Positions 47,039-58,390 of a stretch of DNA of 64,000 bases are shown here, piece after piece. The notes below the pieces were generated by a model. That model was not told the DNA's origin and ran no database searches. It was given only the letters and a program-made list of their open reading frames with translations. Made by a program: the position numbers and the translations under genes. Each line of letters begins with the position of its first letter. The first letter of the stretch is position 1. Origin of the DNA: Lepidodermella squamata (lineage: Eukaryota > Animalia > Gastrotricha); contig JBLDXI010000014.1 in assembly GCA_047495785.1 (NCBI GenBank), positions 620,001 through 684,000 of the forward strand, written 5' to 3'.

Positions 47039-47357
47039 TAATCACTCAATTTTGAACAGTAATAAAAATTGTTTTAAAAATATTGCAAAAATAGCTAGAA
47101 AAAAATTATTATCAAATTTTATTTTATTGTGTTACTACAGACGCTTCCACGTTGTGCAACCCTTAAGGCTCGGATGCCGAACGCATCTAATCTATCGCCG
47201 CTGATTATTTATGAGCCTAGCGCCCATTTCTCGACCGCATGCCTGAGTTTGAGGTTGAGGATGACGAAATTGAGGCACAGCGGCTTGCTGTTCTGCGAGT
47301 TTTATAACATATATTTGAATTGAAGAAGTACTGGGGCTTTCTAAGGGCTATTGGGAC

Positions 47358-47512
47358 CAGTGTCGAAGATGGCGGGGGACGGGGGGGGGACTGTCCCTGA
47401 CCACAGGGGGGACCCTTATGTTTTTTCCCTGGCCCCTGCGGAAACTTGAGCGATATAAGGGGGGACCCTTACCTATATCCCCCTTTCGGCAAAATTTCCA
47501 TCTTCTACACTG
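47358..47512. mobile_element. 155-bp hAT-type MITE with 15-bp TIRs and 8-bp TSD
   Basis: ATTGGGAC|CAGTGTCGAAGATGG...CCATCTTCTACACTG|ATTGGGAC; perfect 8-bp TSD at 47350-47357 and 47513-47520. Confidence 0.9.
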
Positions 47513-47960
47513 ATTGGGACTCTCTGGCTAGACTCTGCTGAATGAGCTGCAATAAAATTTAACATTGGAGCTGCGAGTAAGGTAGAAGAGGAATGTTGAC
47601 TTGATGATTCAATTTTCTTCTAAATTGTTGGCGTACGCATAATTTTTAAATCACATGAGACTCGAGAAGGTTCGATGACTAGCCTTTCGTACAAAGGAAA
47701 AGCCGAGTTCAGAACAAAGTACTTTGGTGCGTAGCATTTTGTCCTTCTATTTTAGATAATTCGAAATAGCATTGGCAATTTAATATCACTTCTTGTCGCT
47801 TAGAAGTGGCCTTTTCTTGAATTCCAGAAATTACGTCGATCAATTACTTGCATGCACATACTTACTCAGCGTAAAATATCGTGACCGTATTCGGAAATAC
47901 TTTTTCTCACAATGTTTATACCACTCATGTTTAGAGTCTAGTTACCTAATATTTGAATTA

Positions 47961-49058
47961 ATGGAAGGATCAAAGCCATCTAATGAGAAGCCTTTCTCAT
48001 TCAACTTTCTGGCCAAGAGATCTTTCCAGTGCGAGAATCAACCGGATATCAAAACTCTATTCATGAAATGGTAGTATATTTATTTGATCAAGTATTTATA
48101 TGTATTGCTTAATTGTCGCCTAGGTCATTCAAAGGTCGCTGGCATTTCCAAGCGTTCAACTTTGACCAACCGTATCAAGTCTATAACAAAGACACATTTT
48201 TCCACGTATTTTCGCTTCTACTAACGCATTGGTCAGCATTTATTGTTTCTGATTTGCACAGGATTTCCTTCATAACCGGGAAGTCGCAGCGTATCTAAAG
48301 TTGCTGACTAAAGATGGCTCATTCACTCCGTTGCAAGGTATTTGGGTACATTTCGATAGTAAACATGCGCTACTTTGGCTCTTGAAGTTGACCAGATTTC
48401 AAAAGTTGAAGCCGACCAACTCAACGCAACAGTGTTATCATTGGAATTTTTCGACCGATTATACAACAACTCTGTTGTCCGAAAATCTGGTCACATTTGT
48501 CAATGTCTAAGTGAACCTTTCGAAGGGATAGAAGTTGCCGACGAGCTGCGGAAAATGCTTCTCATTGACGACTCAGACTATTACAGCTTGTTTGACGAAA
48601 ATGATCGCAAGGAACTGCTATTTCGTATTTTTATGCATCTTTGCATTGGCGGTGAGTTGTGCCAGCCCGAAGAAGAAGTTCAACCTTATTTGGACACAGC
48701 AAAATCAATTTATAAAGAATGCGTGAGGTAAACTGCGACCAAATAATTCCAAACATGTAGTAACATATGTCCGTCCATACTATTTAGCGTGGCACGAGAT
48801 CCTTCAAGCAACCAGATAAAAGTTATTTCGGACGTTTTCCAGCTCAAAGCATATGTAGGTTGCATTTTCTCCAATTTAACTCTGTTACGTTGGTGTGTAT
48901 CCTATTACCTACTTCAGGATGGGAATGGCAACATGATTTATCCATGCGAAGATGACCACGTTCAGAACTTTGCTTATGCCTGTGTTGACCCGATCAAGCG
49001 TCATGTTATTGTAATGTACCATCGCTTTGGCATTGGGGAGCTTCCGAAGCCGGCATAA
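47961..49058 (+). CDS. CFAP300: CFAP300 (C11orf70), axonemal dynein assembly factor, multi-exon
   Basis: KW|SFKGRWHFQAFNFDQPYQVYNKD; LSLEFFDRLY...SGHI.QCL; ADELRKMLL.DDS; LFRIFMHLCIGGELCQPEE; FAYACVDPIKRHVIVMYH. Confidence 0.92.
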
Positions 49059-49410
49059 ACTGACAAACTATCTGTGATATTCAGCCAAGCTGCAAACCAA
49101 CAAGTTGTGATATTATCATCATTTATTCCGTTCTTCTTCCTCTCACTTGCAATTGATACTCGAAGTATTACCACGAACAATCGTCAAAATAAAAAACGTG
49201 CTTAAATTATGGTGTATAATTATCATGATAAGTAACAAATATTTGGGCATACATGAATAGGAGCATAAAACGGTAAATTTGCTTTAACAACGAATTTCGT
49301 TATTTACATCATTATTATGTTACAGCTGGAGAATCTTGACATTCAAAAAAAATTGTCATTCCGTCAGCACAAGTGATGTATTAATTTTGATACGACGATT
49401 GCTTTTTTCA

Positions 49411-51500
49411 TCATACGTCAGTCTGTACACAAGCAGTGCCCATCAATAGCCGTCCGCCGCCAGGGATCCTCACAATGTCCTCGGCCCGTATTGTAGATCG
49501 CGATCGGCGCTTGTTATTGCTATTGCTGGCGAAGTTACTGATGAATGATCCGTTCTTGCCGACTGGCTCTTTCTCGCCGCGGTTAAGCCGAGTTGCCGCG
49601 ATATTTCCACCGAAGGCGGTGGCAAGCGAGGCGGATAGGGTATCCGGAGTGAAAGCGACGTTTATCGGTCCAACCGTTTGAAGAGGTGCCGATATTCTGC
49701 GGGAAGCTTCCGCGGAGGCTTGCTGCCGCGCCGCGCCGAAAATCGACGGAAAAGGCGATGAGTGATAGTCGATAGAGACTGAGGCCGTTCTCCGCTTCGG
49801 ACCGAACCCGCGGTCTTGGTGCGTTTGTTCCTTGAAAAGTTTCAACGCGTAATGCCACGCGAGTTGACGCGATTCGATGGAAACAGACTCCCCGTATGAG
49901 TTGACATTGGTAACAGATAGCAATTTTCGTTCTTTTAAAAGAGCCATCATCCATTCGGCCTTATCCTCCTTCGATCTCGCCCTGAATGTTATGGATCGCA
50001 CGATTTCCGGCACGTGGTCGGCAAAGACGTCGATTCGCCAGGCGTTACGCAAAACAGCTGTACCCGTACCATTTGAGGAAGCGCTCCCGTTCTGGCCGTT
50101 CACGGGCCCATCGATAAGCGGCACGATTCGACTGTTATCGAGATCTATCCGGCCTTTGAATACCAGCATACGAAGTGCAGTCTGTTAATAAAACATTAGG
50201 ACACAATTATCACTAATTATTTGTTTACTATTACTCGTTTGCAATATATTAGCTGGTGATCGAAAACGAAGCAATCTCGTTCAGCTGCTCGGCCATTTGG
50301 CTTAACTTCATGTAGCGCGCCGGAGAAAATGAACCTTGTACTCCTCTCCAACAAATTCGGACCCTGTAATTAACACAGACGAGTTGCAGCTAGTGAAAAA
50401 CAAGAAAATTGAGCTAATCACCTCCCATCGGTCGACAGCCAGCTGCCAGAGAGCGAGCCGCTCGAGAGATTCTTGTTGACGACGGCGTTCGTTGATAATA
50501 GTAGCTACTCGTTGCATCAAAGTAGCAGCCGCTGCCGTCTAATAAAATTAGCATAATAAATTGGGTCAAGAGCAGCGATATGGGCGAGCAAACAAACCTC
50601 GGCTCGATGCGGGTGGTCTTCGGGCGTGGCTTTCAGCAGTTCGCCGAGAAGCAGCTGATATTGGCATATTCGCTGGACCGGAGCGATGAGGAAACTTTGG
50701 AAGGGGACGGGCATAAGATTCTTTTGAACACGACAATCCTACAAAAATAAACCGAATTCAATTTCGATTTGCAACATTTTTAAGGAGCTCACTTCGAAAA
50801 ATTCACGATGAATATCGCTGGTGTTAGTAAGGCTGATGAACTCCAGCTCAGACAGCGGTTCACTGATGCAGTAACCAGAGTAAATATCGAGGCCAAGGCT
50901 TGAATTTGTATTTGAAAGATAAAACAGCTCGCCAGTCGTTGAAATGTTGCCGCCGAACATTTGAAGAAAAACATGCGGAACTGGCGCCGTGTAACAATCG
51001 CCACTTGGCGGCAAACGCGTTGTGGCTTCGAGTTTCGCGAGGAAAGCTGCGCTGAACTCGGTGACGCGCTCCAGTTGTTCGAAAACGCGCGACGTCCACG
51101 ATTTATCGAAGAGGTCTGGACGACGCTCGCAGGGCCTTACGTACGTCGATAGAGCCGTGTTAAGGTTGGAGGCGAAATTTCGTTCCGATCGAATAATCTC
51201 TTTGATGACGTTGACGCGTGTCGACCTGACTTTGGGTGACACTTCAGCGTCATCAGCGGGCGAATGGCTTGACAACATTTGACGGCTACTCGAGCCGCTG
51301 GACGAGGTCGAACCACCGTCGGATGCGGCGAGGTGGTTGCTGTTATCGTCGGACAGATTCGAGGTGCTCATGCGTGGGCGTGAGTGGCGATACGGTGTCT
51401 GTTGTTGCTGGTAATTATCGGCCGGGTTGCAACTGGCCTTATTGGCAATAACCGTAAAATTCGGACGATGGCTGATGTTACGATGATTGTTCAGTTGTTT
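49411..51500 (-). CDS. DH-PH RhoGEF (ARHGEF4/ARHGEF9/SPATA13-like); 5' end uncertain
   Basis: RVNVIKEIIRSERNF; FLIAPVQRICQYQLLLGELLKAT; INERRRQQESLERLALWQ...WEG; PH domain FVFDHQL, KGRIDLD, NAWRI, EDKAEWM; frame stays open upstream of ATG 51371 to a splice acceptor near 51500. Confidence 0.8.
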
Positions 51501-52511
51501 CTAGACGTAAAGAAAACAGCAACAACAATAAATAAAAAATAACAAAAATCTGCCCCTATAGGCATAAATCGCTAGCTAATAACCGATAGATCAGATATCG
51601 CCTGTCCGAATGTGAAACGTAATACAGCAGCCCACAACCGGCTATAAAACCGACCGGGCAGTTGGTGATTACTAAATATGCGAATCGCTACGTTGCATAA
51701 TGTTATATCGAAAAACTGGATGATTTTATTATAGTTGGTAGTCGCTTATATCTGCTGTCGACAAAACTACTACAAACAAGCGCGCTTCTGCATATCATCT
51801 CGCTCTTGGGCATTTAGTAGCCGCTTGCGCACACGATCAGCATTTTTACGATATTATGTTATCATACGGTGGTGCCTTAGCGGTGTGGCCTATCACTTAT
51901 TGGGATATAGGAAACGCATACATATTAACATATTTTTCAAGCGGGCCCTATGTTTAAATCGCGCTGCGATCAATCGACATGACCGGCGAGCGTGCCGTTT
52001 TAGCCGTTTTTGTCTTTTCCCGACAAAAACCAGAATACACAAATAAGAAATGAAAAACGTTGATAGCGTCAAACAATGAAAGATAAAAATTAACATTACA
52101 TCGCCACAACATAATACCATGTTGGATAATGCGACAAACACGCACACGAAATGCATATATATATATCGGCTTGATTTTTGACGCTGGTATACAATTTCAT
52201 AATTGCATTATTAGCGCGAGAAAAACCGAACTCCCAACAACAAGCGCGAATTATTTGCGTATTATTATTTTATATATACGCAACGAGAATTTTCCGAATA
52301 CAAGGCGAAGACAATGAGTTGATGCGCGTAGCGAATGAAAATAATAACAACGTGTTTGAACATCAGTTGTTGGTGTTACTCTATACTTATTGGATTTTTT
52401 TTGCGTCCATGTGGCGGGGGTTAATGTAATATTTTTGAGCGCCGAACGAACCGAGGCGCATTTATATTTGCTGTTACTGAAATAATATTAGTAGTAAGGA
52501 TGGGAACTTTG

Positions 52512-52677
52512 GATCAGTAATAGCAGTACGGCGATTTTTACTATAGCCGTTTGGTATAAATATACGCAATTTGCGATCAGTAATGGCAGTACGGCGATTT
52601 TTACTATACCCGTTTGGTATAAATATACGCAATTTGGGGATGAGTAATAGCAGTACGGCGATTTGTACTATAGCCGC
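52512..52677 (+). repeat. ~63-bp subterminal tandem repeat (about 2.6 copies) in the Maverick terminal region
   Basis: Unit GATCAGTAATAGCAGTACGGCGATTTTTACTATAGCCGTTTGGTATAAATATACGCAATTTG starts at 52512, 52575 and 52639. Confidence 0.9.
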
Positions 52678-52942
52678 TTCTTGTCAATATACCTTCGTTT
52701 TAACCCACTGCTATGATTTCACCTAACTAAAATAAACAAATCTTCGTTTTTTCACCTGTTATGAGCTAAACTAATCATTTTTACACTGCTTCTTTAGTGC
52801 AGCTGCAATAGAGCCCTTTTTCATTCACACAAACACTTTTTATTAGTCTTAACGTTTCAAGCAATGAATTTATAGCTGGGATAAGTCTTATCAGTTTTTC
52901 TATTCATTTGTTCAGAGATTTGTAGCGGCTTGATTGGAGGGG

Positions 52943-53446
52943 TTAACGTCCAGATGAACCGAATCCGTTATCGCCACGGGTCGAATTTGCTGCTAGAGCG
53001 TTTTTCAATGGCCCCGTTACCGTTACTGCAGATTCTAAGCGACCATATTTTAAACACACCAACTGGGTAATACGGTCGCCTATTTTAATCTTGTAAGGTG
53101 TTTTGCTGTTGTTTGCAAGGCAGACTACGATTTTTCCGGTGTAGTCGGCGTCTTTAATTCATGAAAAATACAGATATTCATTAGTAATTTTCATTATTAT
53201 TTGCTTCTTACCTATTACTCCAGCGACCGTATCGATTCCATGGTTGATGCTCATTCCTGATCGACTGAATAGTTGTCCATAATATCCTCGTGGTAAACAG
53301 ATTTTAATATCAGTTTGAATCAGTCCCCTGGTTCCAGGTTGCAGTGTCGTCTCTTCTGCTGAATAGATGTCCCAACCCACAGAGCCTTTAGTATGCTTTG
53401 TCGGTTCTTTAGCTTTGTTACTTGTTAGCTCTACCTTCAGCTTCAT
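52943..53446 (-). CDS. dut: Trimeric dUTPase (element-borne), intron 53152-53211
   Basis: All five motifs after splicing: GSVGWDIYS, FSRSG, GVI|DADYTG, GDRITQLV, RGDNGFGSSG. Confidence 0.92.
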
Positions 53447-53880
53447 ATTTTATAATTTATATTGTTACTGAGGTTCGATTTTTATGTGAGCGGCTACCTC
53501 CTTTCAGGCATATTGTTTTTGTAATTCAATCTTCCTTAAAAATGCATTAGGGCCTTTAGCTCTGTTGACCCCTCAGTGCTGGCTTTAATGCTTTTCATCA
53601 AAGATTCTTGGTATTGTATACATCCTCCTTAATTGCTGTCGGTAATTCAATAAGAAAACATCATGTCAATAAATCTTATACATCCTCCCTAATTAAACAA
53701 TGCGATTTTTTACTTATCAAAATAAAAAGCAATTAGGATTTTTTACCCTTTACGGTGTAATTACCTTAAACAATTCAAACAAAACATCTCCCTGTTTTTT
53801 CCTTTTATGGAAATATCACTCAGACTATTTAAGAGAGATGCTTCAAGAATACACTTAGCATATTTCTTGAAGCAAGCTGG

Positions 53881-54645
53881 ATGCATCCTAAAGTCTACCA
53901 TTTCGGCATAGTCGGCAACATTGGGGCGTAAGTCTCATATACTCCACCGAATAGAATTCTATTTAAAGTCTCTTGTTTTAGCGGGAAATCAACCTTAATC
54001 GAGGGTCTCACTAATCTACCTTCACTCAACCGTAAACTTCAGGGATATACCGCGTGGCCAATTTGCGAGCCTGTTCATCGTTGGGAGTCCTTTACTGATG
54101 ACGATAAAACTAACATTTTGAAAGATTACTATCAGATGAAAAATGCGTTCAACTTTCAAATTGTAGCCACGAGTGATATGTGCGGCCTTTATTCAGCCCC
54201 TAACCACAAACCTGAAATCTACGGGGCGCATACTATCGTTCTGCATGATCGAACGCCCTTCTGTTCTAAAAACGTCTTTATCCCATGTGCGTATGCATCC
54301 AAGCGCATAAATTCTATCGAATATCACGCTCTCATGAATTTGTATGATAATTTCGAGCCGAATTTTGTAAAAACTGAAGCTATTATTTACTTGCGCTCCT
54401 CTCCCCAAATAGCTTGTCAAAGAGCCGTAGCTAGAGCTCGGGGTTCTGAAATGCTATTATCACTGGATTATTTACGCCTCGTACATGAGTTTCATGAAAA
54501 AATGTGTACTGTTGAGACTACAAACAAATCCCTACCATGTCCCGTGCTTGTTATCGACACTGATAATTTGAATGCCTCTGAGGTTCTAAAGCAAGCTTCT
54601 CAGTATGTTGCCTCTCTTATCACGCCTGTAATCTCTCAGACTTGA
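53881..54645 (+). CDS. Deoxynucleoside kinase (dNK/TK2 family), intron 53928-53981 inside the P-loop
   Basis: VGNIGA|GKST, EPVHRW, NILKDYY, HDRTPF, IYLRSSPQIACQRAVARARGSE (lid), LDYLRLVHEFHE. Confidence 0.9.
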
Positions 54646-54655
54646 ATCCTCATTG

Positions 54656-55018
54656 ATGGATCCAACAAGACTTGTGCTCTCGAACAGCCAGATTTTAGAC
54701 GCTGAATCTTTGCAATGTCCAATTTGTTTATCTATCCTACTTAATCCTATTCAAACGCGCCCCTGTGGCCATTTATTTTGTACTAAATGTGTTCTCGCTA
54801 TTTTTCAAAATTCAGCTCGAACAGTATGTTGCTGTCCACTTTGCCGCGAATCATTAACAGGGAAAGATTTCGTTAAACCCCCTGTAATTTTATCGAACAT
54901 TATCTCGAATTTGATTTACAAATGCCAATATTCTGATAAAGGCTGTCCCATTACTCTAACTTATGACCTCATTTTTGGGCATGAAAAGTTATGCCAATAT
55001 AAAGAACCCATCCCTTAA
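54656..55018 (+). CDS. Small C3HC4 RING + TRAF/SIAH-type zinc finger protein (putative E3 ligase)
   Basis: CPICLSILLNPIQTRPCGHLFCTKC...CPLCR; YKCQYSDKGC...HEKLC. Confidence 0.88.
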   Translation: MDPTRLVLSNSQILDAESLQCPICLSILLNPIQTRPCGHLFCTKCVLAIFQNSARTVCCCPLCRESLTGKDFVKPPVILSNIISNLIYKCQYSDKGCPITLTYDLIFGHEKLCQYKEPIP

Positions 55019-55060
55019 AGTTTTACATTCTTATTTCATTAGATTTAATTTTCAATAATC

Positions 55061-55580
55061 ATGGCTGAGGCGATAGTAGAATCTGCTAACCAGACAGTCA
55101 ATCATCACATGTCTAGTAACTTGGTCATTCAACAGCATCCTCAGGATTCTAATCTCATCTACATAATGACTGATCGCAAAGATAAGAACGATAAGCCTAA
55201 AAAACTCGCCTTTAGACAAGACGAATTTCTTAGCCAGTTCGTTCCTTATTTTCGACCGCCGAATGATGCTTGGGTTGCTCAGGACACATCTCGTGAGAGT
55301 TCACAACACAGGCTTTAAATTTTCGATGCATGAATGCAAAATTGAAGTCTGTGTCTTTGTGCCATCATTTTCACCGATTCTTATAGATATACGCAGGTTT
55401 TATCTGGATGCTAAAGGTATTTACTTCAAATTTACAGTAATAGCAATCTTTTTATGATTTAACTTTTTAGGAAATAAACAACCCTCAAGACAAGGAGTCT
55501 CTCTTGATGCAGCTCAGTTTCAAGACCTTGCAACTGGGGTGTTAACTGTTGCAGCGATGATTGAAACAGCCAATGAATAA
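55061..55580 (+). CDS. PC4/Sub1-like ssDNA-binding protein, left copy; frameshifted at 55284-55300 (probably an artefact); intron 55417-55470
   Basis: LIDIRRFYLDAK|GNKQPSRQGVSLDAAQFQDL matches the PC4 core (IDIRE.W.D..G..KP.RKGISL...QW..L). Confidence 0.8.
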
Positions 55581-55697
55581 GCTAACACAAAACTTGACTA
55601 AAATGACTTACTGAATATTTATTTCAATCTATCCTTGTAATAAAGTTTTACCTCTTCCCAAATTCGATCAATTTTAAATTTTTAATCTTAGATTGTT

Positions 55698-58390
55698 ATG
55701 GATAACTATAGTTTACAATACTCATTTATTCGAAGTAATCGCCTGATTCATTCTACAAAATTCAAAATGTTTTCTGTGGAGTACTTCATTCAGCCCGTAA
55801 CATCCGACTTTGCCTCAACCTACATCAACAGATATGGCCAATCTTCTAGTTCGCTTGGGCCGATGATTCAATTGTCTGGTGGCGCTGATGAACCTCGACT
55901 GGATAATATTCGATCATTTGTGCAGAACGTACCAGCCGACCAGGTGGCTAATATTGATTTGGAGACCCGCTTCAATATTCTGGCCAACTTCCTGTTCGAT
56001 ATTGTTGTAAATATCCATCGTGATTTACCTGTGAATTCCTTCTGCCGGCTAACACTGTACCACCCCGACTTGAAGATGCCTCTTAGCCTACCCTTCATGA
56101 AACGCGATCGGTTGCTGGAAATTTCAATTTTGATCAACTGAGAAAAATATTACAGAGTAATGAAGAACTCTCATTTGCTGGTCGGTGGACAATTCGTCTC
56201 TGTGTCATTGATAACCCCAATGCAGATCTAGGTCAAATTGTTGGTGGTTCTCGGGCAGAGCGGGCTATAAACGAAACTTTGGACAAATTTTTTCTTCGCT
56301 CCAAATCGATCGTTAGAATCGGAGCGCGCAAGAATGAAACGAACAATCTTTGCATGGGCAGAGCTCTCATCACTGGAGTGGCTTTGGCTCACATGAAGGC
56401 GAATCCTACGGATCCATCTCTTCAAGCAACCTTCAAATCGATACGTAGTACGCGAACCAATCGTCAATTTCGCGAAGCCACGGCGCTATATCAGAAAGCG
56501 GGCTTACCTCTCAACCTTCCAGCCTACAATCTAGATGATCATTACTCAGCCCTGTGTTCGGCTATCGATCCTGAACATAATACTTACAGATTCGTAGTAT
56601 ACTCGTACGAATCACAGGATGTTATTAGGGAAATCCCAGAATTTGATCATCGCGTAAGCCTTGGGTTGCTTCCTGTTGTTCTACTGGTTTATCGCAACGA
56701 CGTCTCTCAGCCCAACAGTCATCATTTTCATGTCATTGCGAATCTCAACTTTATGAAGGCCACTCTTAGCAATGCACAACGAATATGCCCCACTTGCTTT
56801 CAGACGAAAACGAGTACGGCTGTGCACAGATGCAAGTTGGCATGCTCTTCCTGCCGTAATTTTTACATGAAAAACCTGAATTTCACTTCTTTTATCATTA
56901 ATATTATTTTAGGTGTATCAGGGAGCATTTGCCGTGTGATTTCCAACACAGACCAACAAAACTACACGCGGTGTCCGCAATGTCGTGCAGGTCTGATGTT
57001 TTTAACCTTTTCATTATTATTCAGCTCTTTTTATGTTTTTAGTTTTGTATAGCGAACGTTGTAAGCAAAACCACAAATGTGCTAAAAAGAATCCATGCTT
57101 TAAATGCGGGAGGAAATTTGTACATTTTCTCAAGCATGAGGCTATGTGTCCCGGGCGGCGCTGTCACATTTGTCAGGAGCCTTTGAAAGCCAGCGACGAA
57201 GAAAATGGCACACACTTCTGCTTCATGACTCCCTTGGTATACTCATTTTTTTCAGTCCAGCTTTTTTCAAAATACTGTGGTTGGTGTATTTTTAGCCCTT
57301 GAAACCGGCGAATAAACTGGAACGTTATCGTAACCTAGTTTTTTGGGACACTGAGACATTTTCGCCATCACTTGCTGATAACAACAATGAGTTCCAAGTA
57401 TGCCTTATCGTTGCAAAGGTCGTATGCATACCTCACTGCATCGAAGCGAGGATTCAGCGATGCCATTCTAGTTGTGGACTTCATATTTTTTATGGAAGTC
57501 GTCCTCTGGAGGATTTCGTAAACTGGGTGCTTCTACCTATGAATTACCAGTCGATTTATTTGGCTCACAACTCAGCCAATTTCGATTCCTTATTATTACT
57601 GAAAGAAATTCAAACACGATGTTCTAAAGTGAAGATTCTTCAAAGGCAGGGATCTCTACTATGCATTGATTTCAAACAACAAAAAATCAGATTTTTGGAT
57701 TCATATCTCTTTTTTCAATGCAGATTAAGGTAGGTTACCTAAGAAACACTAAGAAACTACATTGCTTACAGGTATTTGTTCAACAACAGGGATTTACCAG
57801 CAACAATGGGAATCCCAGACAAGAAAACCTTCTTTCCTTACGTCTTATGCACTAAAGAAAAGTAAGTACATCATCAACTTCTTGAGCTATTGTGATTGAA
57901 TTCGCTGTAATCCTTCGAGTTTCAATCTCGAATTCCCACAGCTGCCTAATATGATCTACTATGAGCCTGACAAAATGTCTCCTTCTGAAAGAGCAGAATT
58001 TCTAACTTTCTACAACGAAAACAAACTGAAACGGTTCAGTGTTCGCCACACGTTACTGCAATACTGCATACAGGATTGTCTAGTTTTGGAAAAGGCGTCA
58101 ATCAAATTTCGGGCGCTAATGCTGGAGTTGTGTTCTACTGATGCCTTTAAAGAATGCATCACACTAGCTTCTCTCACAAGCACATGCTTCCGCAAGCTGT
58201 TTCTTACGAAGGATACATTACCTGTCATCCCGACCGCTGGCTACTGTGGCAAGGATTCACACAGCAGGCTCTCGATAGCTTTTCTTCAATTTCTGATGGA
58301 GTCTGACCCTGAAACTTATGGTTCAATGAAACACGCTCAGAACTCACGTCAAGAAGTTCGAATATCTATACCTGGCCACCGTTATCCTTA
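55698..58390 (+). CDS. Protein-primed DNA polymerase B, 5' part (left copy); 1-bp frameshift near 56128-56131; truncated at the fold-back junction
   Basis: Introns 56856-56912, 56991-57042, 57237-57295, 57730-57789, 57862-57919; Cys-rich zinc-finger region; ExoI FWDTET, ExoII AHNSANFD, FLDS, FFPY, ExoIII YCIQDC. Confidence 0.85.

Noticed and set aside
52430-52470. GCGCCGAACGAACCGAGGCGC hairpin reminiscent of Helitron/Helentron-associated element ends
   Set aside because: Too short, and no second end is visible
52512-52677. Repeat array resembling CRISPR
   Set aside because: Units are contiguous tandem copies without unique spacers, there are no cas genes, the context is eukaryotic, and it is explained as Maverick subterminal repeats
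55061-55318. Diversified alternative C-terminus of the left PC4 copy (DGR or gene-conversion-like variation)
   Set aside because: The variant block matches a sequencing barcode as recalled, so it is better explained as an artefact
56128-56131. Left pPolB copy as a genuine pseudogene or programmed frameshift
   Set aside because: A single T is missing from a homopolymer relative to the intact right copy; this is a typical long-read consensus error
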